NCBI GenBank assembly: GCA_963828305.1
Contig: CAWHEJ010000034.1
Coordinates: forward strand, 11,942 to 75,941
DNA from: an uncultured delta proteobacterium
GTDB lineage: Bacteria; Desulfobacterota; Syntrophia; Syntrophales; UBA2192
Length of the DNA stretch: 64,000 nt
Direction of reading: 5' to 3'
Shown: in pieces, positions 17,869-25,138 of the stretch
Position numbering within the stretch: position 1 is the stretch's first letter
Layout of the letters: each line of letters starts with the position of its first letter
Notes under the pieces: model-generated
Told to the model about the DNA's origin: nothing
Databases searched by the model: none
Seen by the model: the letters and a program-made list of their open reading frames with translations, nothing else
Position numbers and translations under genes: made by a program

Positions 17869-18145
17869 ACCGAGTAAGGTAGGCAGCGAGGGCATCCACC
17901 AACCCCGGGGAAAACAGGGAAACCATGAGGATGTACAGGAAAAAAATGGTGGCGGCCGAGACGAGATCCAGGCCGCTGTAGCGCTTGAAGAGGGAGACGA
18001 CGGTGATTCCGCCGAGGACAATGGCGATTCCCTGCACTGCCAGGAAGATGCTGAAACCCGACAACGGCACAACAGCCGCAACAAAGAGGAAGGCCATTCC
18101 CGTCATGACGAACAGAAGCATCCGGGTTTCACCCTGTCGTTTCAT
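17858..18145 (-). CDS. small membrane protein, paralog of 17115-17387
   Basis: ORF trimmed to ATG 18145 (MKRQGETRMLLFVM...); 3 hydrophobic helices; alignable by eye to the 90-aa neighbour. Confidence 0.5.
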   Translation of the reverse strand: MKRQGETRMLLFVMTGMAFLFVAAVVPLSGFSIFLAVQGIAIVLGGITVVSLFKRYSGLDLVSAATIFFLYILMVSLFSPGLVDALAAYLTRSGG

Positions 18146-18398
18146 CCTTCCTCTCCCCTCATGTGAACGGTTTGTGAACGGTTGACGACAATCTGGACTA
18201 TCCATACCACAAAACGGGGGGCTCTGTCTCAGGACTTTTTGCCTGGGCGATCACGGGTATGATCCGTGCAGGGAAGCGGGGGTCGCTGCGGATGAAAAAA
18301 GGATTTCTGTTTTCAATCCCTTGTGATATCGTTTCACATCGCGACCCGGAACGGGTGGGCTGATGCCCTGTTCTAACCACAACAAAGGAGATGTTGAG

Positions 18399-19295
18399 AT
18401 GAAAAAATTGTCGGCAGGCGCTCTGGTAATCTTCATGCTTTTGTTCATCTTCACCTCCGCTGACCTCCTGGCGGCGGAAAAAGCAAAGAAGGACGTGCTT
18501 GCGAAGGTGGGAGCCAAGGAAGTGACAAAAAGCGACATCCAGGCCTACGCCGGGCTTTACCCGGAGCAGCAGCAGGCCCTCATCAAGGCCGACCCCCGCA
18601 TGGAGGAGGTCCTGGTGAAAAATCTCGTCAGCATCATGGTCGTATCCGACGTGGCCAAGAAGAAAGGCCTCGACAAGAATCCGGCGATCAAGAAGCAGAT
18701 CGAGATCATGAAGGATGAGTACCTGGCCAGGATGTACGTCCAGAAGGAGATCCTCGGGAAGATCAACCTCACGGACAAGGACTACGAGACCTACTACAAC
18801 ACCCACAAGAAGGAGTTCGAGAACCCCGAGATGGTGAGGGCCCGCCACATCCTCGTAGCCGTGAAGCCCAACGCCACGGAGGACGAAAAAAAGGCGGCGC
18901 TGAAAAAGGCCGAAGAAATCCTCGATAAGGCGAAGAAAGGCGAGGACTTTGCCAAGCTCGCCTCGGAGTATTCCGATGATCCCGGTTCCAAGGCAAAAGG
19001 CGGAGACCTGGGATTCTTCACGCAAGGCAGCATGGTCGGCAAATTCGAGCAGGCCGCTTTCGGCCTGAAGCCCGGTGAGTTGAGCCCCGTCGTCGAGACG
19101 GAATTCGGCTACCACATCATCAAGCTCGAAGAGCGCAAGGCCGCCGAGCAGCAGCCCTACGAGTCGGTCAAGGAGCAGGTCAAGGCGAAGGCCACCCAGG
19201 CCATCCAGCAGGAACGCCTCAATGCCTTCCTCGAGAAGGCGATGAAGGATGCCAAGGTGACCTACTACGGGCCTGAACCCCCGAAGCAGCAGTAA
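18399..19295 (+). CDS. parvulin-type peptidyl-prolyl cis-trans isomerase (SurA/PrsA-like), secreted
   Basis: Signal peptide MKKLSAGALVIFMLLFIFTSADLLAA; rotamase motifs VRARHILV and GGDLGFFTQGSMVGKFEQAAF. Confidence 0.85.
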   Translation: MKKLSAGALVIFMLLFIFTSADLLAAEKAKKDVLAKVGAKEVTKSDIQAYAGLYPEQQQALIKADPRMEEVLVKNLVSIMVVSDVAKKKGLDKNPAIKKQIEIMKDEYLARMYVQKEILGKINLTDKDYETYYNTHKKEFENPEMVRARHILVAVKPNATEDEKKAALKKAEEILDKAKKGEDFAKLASEYSDDPGSKAKGGDLGFFTQGSMVGKFEQAAFGLKPGELSPVVETEFGYHIIKLEERKAAEQQPYESVKEQVKAKATQAIQQERLNAFLEKAMKDAKVTYYGPEPPKQQ

Positions 19296-19321
19296 CAGGA
19301 ACAGGGGGCAGCAAATCGGGG

Positions 19322-20239
19322 ATGGAAGACCTGACCAAGCCCAGACTCGACGCGGGTCGGTGCACCGGCTGCGGGCTCTGCCTTGATGTCTGTCCCTCCG
19401 ATGTGCTTGTCCTGGAAAACGGGAGCATCACCCTCTCCCGGGAGGGCTGTTTCGGTTGTGATCACTGCGCCGCTGTGTGTCCCACAGGGGCCATCACGAT
19501 CGATTCCGTCAGCACCGGGAATCTTGCGCTTGCCACGGTAGAGACGGGCGGTCGTTGGCTTCCCTTCGGGGAGTTCGACACCGCCCTTCTTGTCCGTCTT
19601 CTTTACTCACGCCGTTCCTGCCGATGTTTTACGGAAGAGCCCGTCGAAAAGAACGTTCTCGAGGATCTTGCCCGGATCGGCACCATGGCCCCCTCGGGAA
19701 CCAACAGCCAGCGCTGGATTTTCACGATCGTACCCGACCGGCAGGCCCTGCTCGGCTTCGGGCATCGGATCGGCCGCTTCTACGAGCGCCTCAACCGTCT
19801 TGCCGCAAACCCCGCAGCCCGTCTCTTCTCGAGCCTTTTCATGCAGGACAAGCTGGGACACTACTACCGGCGATACCACGCCCAGGTGGAGGATGCCCTG
19901 CGTCAGTTCAGTCAGACCGGGCGCGACAAACTCTTCCACGGCGCCACGGCGGCGATCCTCGTCGGGACGGAGCCCGGCGCCTCGTGCCCGCGGGAGGACG
20001 CGCTGCTTGCCGCCCAGAACATTGCCCTGGCCGCTCATGCCATGGGCATCGGGACCTGCCTCATCGGCTTTGCCGTCGAGGCCATGCGCCGCGACCGCAC
20101 CATCCAGCGATCCCTCGGCATCCCCGAGACGGAGGACATCCACGCCGTCATCGCCCTGGGAAAACCGGCCGTCACCTACCTCAGGCCCGCCGGGCGCAAA
20201 CCTGCCAGGATCCGGTATGCCTTCCGCACCAAAACATGA
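19322..20239 (+). CDS. nitroreductase family protein with N-terminal 2x[4Fe-4S] ferredoxin domain
   Basis: CTGCGLCLDVCP and CFGCDHCAAVCP clusters; nitroreductase core RRSCRCFTEEPV ... APSGTNSQRW. Confidence 0.85.
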   Translation: MEDLTKPRLDAGRCTGCGLCLDVCPSDVLVLENGSITLSREGCFGCDHCAAVCPTGAITIDSVSTGNLALATVETGGRWLPFGEFDTALLVRLLYSRRSCRCFTEEPVEKNVLEDLARIGTMAPSGTNSQRWIFTIVPDRQALLGFGHRIGRFYERLNRLAANPAARLFSSLFMQDKLGHYYRRYHAQVEDALRQFSQTGRDKLFHGATAAILVGTEPGASCPREDALLAAQNIALAAHAMGIGTCLIGFAVEAMRRDRTIQRSLGIPETEDIHAVIALGKPAVTYLRPAGRKPARIRYAFRTKT

Positions 20240-20374
20240 TAAGCTGATTACTGAAGCCCGACGTTCGCAAAGTCAGGAAGTAAGGAAGAACAGAGAATGC
20301 GAATACTTTTCCGATCTTCTTCACTTCCGATCTTCGTAAGCAAATGCTCGACCGGGGCGCACGAAGGCACCCGT

Positions 20375-21319
20375 ATGAAAGACATCGGTCAGTCAACCAT
20401 GATGGAACCCGTCGTCCAGGCAGATGCCCTCAGAAAAACCTTCGGCGCCTTCACCGCCGTCGACGGGATCTCCTTTTCCGTCAGGCGCGGGGAGTGCTTC
20501 GGCATTCTAGGGCCCAACGGCGCCGGCAAGACGTCGACGATCCGGATGATCTACGGCTTCTCGCCCCTTTCGGGAGGCTCGCTGCACGTGCTCGGACAGG
20601 ATGTCACCCGGAGGCGGCAGCTGCGCAAGGTCAAGTACCGCATCGGCGTCTGTCAGCAGGACAACAACCTCGATCCCGAACTCTCCATCCTGCAGAACCT
20701 GGAGGTCTTCGCGTCCTATTTCGACGTGCCCCGTCCGGCGGCCACCGCCAGGGCCTTGGAGCTGCTGAAATTTATCGCCCTGGAAAACCGCAGGGACACA
20801 CCCATCCCGGAGCTTTCGGGGGGGCTCATGCGCCGGGTCGTACTCGCGCGGGCCCTGATCAACGAGCCCGACCTCCTGATTCTCGACGAGCCCACGACGG
20901 GCCTCGACCCCCAGTCGCGCCACCAGATCTGGGAGCGCCTGGAGGGGCTCAGGGCCCGGGGCATCTCCATCCTGCTCACGACGCACTACATGGAGGAAGC
21001 CTCGCGGCTCTGCGACCGGCTCATCATCATGGACCACGGGAAGATCCTCGTGGAGGGGCGGCCGCAGGATCTGATCCGGGAGCACGCCGGCAGGGACATC
21101 ATCGAGGTCTCGGAGCCCGGCGAGGAGCTTCGCTCCTTCCTGCGGGAGCGCAACCTCCGGTACGATGACCTGGGGCACCGCCTCCTTGTCTACTGCGACC
21201 AGCGGGATGAGCTCTACCGGGAGGTGAGCGGGCGCTACTGCCGGGACGGCTGCACCCTGCGGACGGCCACCCTGGAGGATGTTTTTCTGAAACTCACGGG
21301 GAGGGAGCTGCGCGAATGA
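20375..21319 (+). CDS. ABC transporter ATP-binding protein (ABC-2/DrrA/NodI-like)
   Basis: Walker A GPNGAGKTS, signature LSGGLMRRVVLARA, Walker B LLILDEPTTGLD; ATGA overlap with the permease gene. Confidence 0.9.
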   Translation: MKDIGQSTMMEPVVQADALRKTFGAFTAVDGISFSVRRGECFGILGPNGAGKTSTIRMIYGFSPLSGGSLHVLGQDVTRRRQLRKVKYRIGVCQQDNNLDPELSILQNLEVFASYFDVPRPAATARALELLKFIALENRRDTPIPELSGGLMRRVVLARALINEPDLLILDEPTTGLDPQSRHQIWERLEGLRARGISILLTTHYMEEASRLCDRLIIMDHGKILVEGRPQDLIREHAGRDIIEVSEPGEELRSFLRERNLRYDDLGHRLLVYCDQRDELYREVSGRYCRDGCTLRTATLEDVFLKLTGRELRE

Positions 21320-22107
21320 GCAGGACAGCCATGCCGGTCATCTCTTCGCGGTTTCTCCGCATCTGGCAGCGCAATTTCGCGGTTTACCGCAAGACCTGGA
21401 AGGTGAGCTTCATGCCGCCCCTGCTGGAGCCGCTTCTTTACCTTGCGGCCTTCGGCCTGGGGATGAGCGCGCTCGTGGGGGAAGTCTCCTGGCGAAACCA
21501 GTCCGCCTCCTACATCGTATTCATCGCGCCGGCCCTGCTTTCCGTCAACATGATGTACAACAGCTTCTTCGAGACCACCTACGGCTCCTACGTGCGGATG
21601 TACTACCAGAAGACCTTCGACGCCATGCTGGCCACCCCGCTCTTCCTCGAGGAGATCATCACGGGCGAGATCATCTGGGGCGCCACGAAGTCCGTGATCG
21701 CATCGTCCATCATGCTCGCCATCATCAGCCTCTTCGGCCTCATCCGTTACCCCGAGGGCCTGCTTCTCGTCCCGCTTTCCTTTCTGGCCGGCTTCGCCTT
21801 CGCGTCGATCGGGATGTACTTCACGGCCGTCGTTCGCAACATCGACCTGTTCAACCTGCCCATCTTCCTCTTCATCACGCCCATGTTTCTCTTCGGCGGG
21901 ACCTTCTTCCCCCTCGACACGCTCCCCGGGTGGGCCCAGGCCCTGGCCTGGTTCCTGCCGCTGACCCACCTGGTGGAGATCACCCGGGCCATCGCCATCG
22001 GCCCCCTCGACGGCTTCGCCCTGTGGAACCTGCTCTACCTCACCCTTTTCAGCGCCCTCTTCTTCCCGCTGGCCCTCAAAAAAATGCGAGTGCGCCTTAT
22101 CAAGTAA
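21316..22107 (+). CDS. ABC-2 type transporter permease
   Basis: 263 aa, 6 hydrophobic helices; translationally coupled to the ATPase. Confidence 0.85.
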   Translation: MSRTAMPVISSRFLRIWQRNFAVYRKTWKVSFMPPLLEPLLYLAAFGLGMSALVGEVSWRNQSASYIVFIAPALLSVNMMYNSFFETTYGSYVRMYYQKTFDAMLATPLFLEEIITGEIIWGATKSVIASSIMLAIISLFGLIRYPEGLLLVPLSFLAGFAFASIGMYFTAVVRNIDLFNLPIFLFITPMFLFGGTFFPLDTLPGWAQALAWFLPLTHLVEITRAIAIGPLDGFALWNLLYLTLFSALFFPLALKKMRVRLIK

Positions 22108-22117
22108 GGCGAACTCG

Positions 22118-22196
22118 CATGGCAAAAGGTGAAGGGCTTATGGCAAAGGGCCCGAGACTTCTTTACCTTTTGCCTTACGCCTTTAGCCGTTAGCCG
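22118..22196. repeat. tandem-oligomer palindrome (GGCAAAAGGTGAAG / CTTTACCTTTTGCC)
   Basis: ATGGCAAAAGGTGAAGGGCTTATGGCAAAGGGC ... CTTTACCTTTTGCCTTACGCCTTTAGCCGTTAGCCG, between convergent permease and SemiSWEET genes. Confidence 0.6.
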
Positions 22197-22444
22197 TTTT
22201 TTATTTTCATATAGATGATGTAGGCGGCCATGGCGCAGGCGATGGCATTGCCCAGGATAATCGGCAGGGCGCCGAGGAGAAGGCCGTAGATCAGCCAGAG
22301 GGAAAGACCCGCGAAGAGGAGGATATAGGATCCCAGGGACAGATCCCGGGTCATCCTGGTTCTGTGAATCTTGATGACCTGCGGTGCAAAGCCCAGGGTG
22401 GAAATGGCAGCAGCCAGCAGTCCGATCAGGGTGACGCCGTCCAT
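22190..22444 (-). CDS. SemiSWEET (PQ-loop/MtN3) family transporter, 84 aa
   Basis: ORF trimmed to ATG 22444; 3 TM helices with PQ motif (GFAPQVIKIHRTRMTRDLSLGSYILLFAGLSLWLIYG). Confidence 0.8.
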   Translation of the reverse strand: MDGVTLIGLLAAAISTLGFAPQVIKIHRTRMTRDLSLGSYILLFAGLSLWLIYGLLLGALPIILGNAIACAMAAYIIYMKIKNG

Positions 22445-22611
22445 GTCGATACCGGGGTCCCACGGGCGGCGCGATGCGGGCGCAGGGAACGGGGCATCTG
22501 AAACCCCAAGAAATTCCCTGCACTTGAAATTTTCCGCCGCACGGCACGGCACCGTTTTTGTTTGACAGAAGGGATCTAAGTCCCTATACTTTCGCTTCAT
22601 TCTTCTAACAG

Positions 22612-23811
22612 GTGAGGCCGGTGGACACAAGCAAAATAGCCATCGTCGGTCCGGGGCGACTCGGGACGGCGCTGGCCTACATCTACGGCCGCAACGGCAG
22701 ACGCGTGACGATGTACTATCACGACGCCGAGGTGTGCCGTACCATCAATGAGGAGCACCTCAACCCGACGCACCTCACGACGGACCTGGCGCGCCTCTAT
22801 GGCGGGATGGCTAACGTGCCCCGACTGGCGCCCGAGGTGACGGCATCGAGCGACCTCGAGCAGGTCGTCCACGAGCACGACTTCATCTTTCTCACGATCA
22901 CCATGAACCGCCTGTCGGGACTGCTGGACTACCTTCGCCCCATGATCGCCAAGAAGCGGGGCAAGACGTGCATCATTTCGGCCATCAAGGGCCTCGTGGC
23001 CGACGAGAAGACGAAGGAGCTGATCACCCCTTCCCAGATGATCCAGAGCGATCTCAACCACATCCAGCACAAGTTCAAGGTCGTCGCCATGGGGGGCCCC
23101 TTCTTCGACGTGGACATCGCGCTGGGCAAGCCGGTGGCCCTGACCATTGCCGGCCCGCGAAGCGTGGCGCAGACCGTCCGGAAAGAGGTCCTGAACTTCG
23201 ACAGGCGCGAGATCACATCGTATTACAACTTTGACATCGTGGGGATCGAGGCCTGCGGGGCCCTCAAGAACATCGTCGCGAACATCAAGGGAGTCACGGA
23301 CCGCATGAACCTGGGGAATTCCATCCCCGGGACGATCTTTGCGCGATCCGGCGTCGAGATCCGCTCTTTGGCGCGGCTTCTGGGCGGAAGCTTCCAGGCC
23401 TTCTACAGCCAGGCCGGGGTGGGCGATCTCTACGTAACGTTGTCCTCGGACGCCAGCAAGAATTACCGCTACGGGAAGCTCTTCTACGACCTTTTCGACG
23501 GCAACCCGATCCAGACGGACAAGAAAGTGCTGGCCCAGATCGACGGGACGCCGGAAGGGCCCAACACGATCCGCAACGTGTACCGCTACCTGGAAAAGAA
23601 AAACATGTACAGCCCCATCTTCTGCTGCGCCTACCACATTTTCAACGAGACGGGCGACCGAAAGCAGATCGAGGAGCGGCTCATCGAGTCCATCCAGTTC
23701 GACAAGCGCTCCCAGGAATACATCGGCCCTGTCTCCCGGGTCCTCTACCGGATGTTTCCGAACTGGTGGTATCGGCGGAACAAGGGGCTACCCTCCATGC
23801 TGGACTTCTAG
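22612..23811 (+). CDS. NAD(P)H-dependent glycerol-3-phosphate dehydrogenase family protein (divergent, long form)
   Basis: GTG start; Rossmann IAIVGPGRLGTALA; GpsA-like core (GALKNIVA, AGVGDLYVT). Confidence 0.7.
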   Translation: MRPVDTSKIAIVGPGRLGTALAYIYGRNGRRVTMYYHDAEVCRTINEEHLNPTHLTTDLARLYGGMANVPRLAPEVTASSDLEQVVHEHDFIFLTITMNRLSGLLDYLRPMIAKKRGKTCIISAIKGLVADEKTKELITPSQMIQSDLNHIQHKFKVVAMGGPFFDVDIALGKPVALTIAGPRSVAQTVRKEVLNFDRREITSYYNFDIVGIEACGALKNIVANIKGVTDRMNLGNSIPGTIFARSGVEIRSLARLLGGSFQAFYSQAGVGDLYVTLSSDASKNYRYGKLFYDLFDGNPIQTDKKVLAQIDGTPEGPNTIRNVYRYLEKKNMYSPIFCCAYHIFNETGDRKQIEERLIESIQFDKRSQEYIGPVSRVLYRMFPNWWYRRNKGLPSMLDF

Positions 23812-23839
23812 GCTGCCATGGCGGCCTGGGGCCGCATGG

Positions 23840-24002
23840 CAGCCTACAGCCTACAGTCGACAGCCTACAGTAAAAAAACAAATCCCCCTCTTTCCCCCTT
23901 TGATAAAGGGGGATGAAAGGGGGATTTTTCTTGTGGCTTTTGGCTGTTTGCTGTCGGCTGTTGACTGTAGGCTGTAGGCTGTCGGCTGTCGGCTTTTGGC
24001 TG
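23840..24002. repeat. family A composite palindrome, largest copy
   Basis: (CAGCCTACAG)n left arm, core AAATCCCCCTCTTTCCCCCTTTGATAAAGGGGGATGAAAGGGGGATTT, (GGCTGTMG)n right arm, filling the gap between convergent stops. Confidence 0.85.
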
Positions 24003-24004
24003 CG

Positions 24005-24919
24005 TCAGCCAGCCGAGGCTGGCGCCTCGAGGGCCTTCAGCTTTTTGAGATACAGGCCCCTGTAGCTGAGGTTGCGGTAGTTGACCATGTCGTCCATGAG
24101 CTGGGCGACGGGGGGTTTGATGTCCACATTGAAGCGGTTTGCCTTCTCCACGTTCGCCCGGTCCACGATGAGGACGGAATAATACGTGGCAAGGATTCGA
24201 GTCTTGGAATCCCGCCGCCACAGATAGGCCTTTCCGGACAGGGTGGTCAGGAAAAAGGCGGCATACTCGTAGAGTTCCTTCTGCGTCATCCGGATCTCGG
24301 GGCTCTTCGCCTCGATCCCCTTGTTGAGCCAGTCGTAGACCATCTCAGCCGTCGACTCCATCAACTCCGTCTCGTGGGCAAAGATGTCGAGAAGCAGCTC
24401 GATGTTCTCCCGCCCGATGACTCTCAGGAAGTGCTCCTGGTTCAGCTTGAGCTTATAGGGGTCGGTGGCCTCTCCGTTTACGATGGGTGGATAGGCGGCC
24501 AGGTCGTTCAGGATTTTTACGAACTGCCGGAAGGTCCCTTCGGGGAGCTGATGGGTTTTGATGTACTCCCGCCCGTCGAGATAGCGGCAGAAGCGCATCA
24601 TGTCCTGCTCGAGATCCTCAAAATCCTTCCACTCTTTCGGTATCTTCTGGCTCCGCAGCTTCTTGCGGTAGACGCGGTTGTTCTGGACGTCGGGGGCCTC
24701 GCCGGGGGTGTGCTTCGCAATATGGGACTGGGCGAACCCGGTCCGCACGATGCCCAGATCTTCGAGGCCGCCACGCTCCAGGTATACCCCGACGCTGAGC
24801 ACTGCAACGATGCAGAGGATCGTGCCGATTCCGATGAGGATGGTGCGGTTGTCCACGATGGAAACTCCGGCTGTTGGGTAAAGACCGGCAGGGGAAGCAA
24901 TTTCCCGCGTCCCCACCAC
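24005..24919 (-). CDS. membrane-anchored hypothetical protein (304 aa)
   Basis: One N-terminal TM (ILIGIGTILCIVAVLSVGVYL), then a soluble Lys/Glu-rich domain; coding-like composition; no family recognised. Confidence 0.55.
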   Translation of the reverse strand: MVGTREIASPAGLYPTAGVSIVDNRTILIGIGTILCIVAVLSVGVYLERGGLEDLGIVRTGFAQSHIAKHTPGEAPDVQNNRVYRKKLRSQKIPKEWKDFEDLEQDMMRFCRYLDGREYIKTHQLPEGTFRQFVKILNDLAAYPPIVNGEATDPYKLKLNQEHFLRVIGRENIELLLDIFAHETELMESTAEMVYDWLNKGIEAKSPEIRMTQKELYEYAAFFLTTLSGKAYLWRRDSKTRILATYYSVLIVDRANVEKANRFNVDIKPPVAQLMDDMVNYRNLSYRGLYLKKLKALEAPASAG

Positions 24920-25020
24920 AACTGAGAATGAGCAATTTCTGTGCCCGCCGGCTCATCGGTCCACGATTTCCCGGGTCCCTTCAGTCACGGCGACCGGGAG
25001 GGGCCAGAGCATCGACCCGT

Positions 25021-25128
25021 CAGAAGGTAAGAAGGTGAGAAGGTATGAAGGTTGGTGGGGCATCCGGCGTGCGATTACCCGTCGGCTCATCCAAACTTCT
25101 TACCCTCTCACCCTCTCAGACGGACGGA
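25021..25128. repeat. family B palindrome copy 2
   Basis: CAGAAGGTAAGAAGGTGAGAAGGTATGAAGGTTGG ... CCAAACTTCTTACCCTCTCACCCTCT, just downstream of the M16 peptidase stop. Confidence 0.8.
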
Positions 25129-25138
25129 ACGTCCGGCG

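Noticed and set aside
23840-24002. Possible CRISPR arrays among the tandem-oligomer tracts (families A-D)
   Set aside because: The units are only 6-12 nt and directly abutting, with no spacers. They are mirrored as inverted arms, and no cas genes are present. They are not CRISPR.
23865-24221. ORFs translating repeat cores (for example 23865-24221, 1517-1957, 56344-56757, 58079-58270) into PPFAKGERGGF / PLSKGERGGF-type peptides
   Set aside because: The peptide similarity comes from the palindromic family A DNA repeat. It is read in either orientation, and the ORFs have no start context or flanking conservation.
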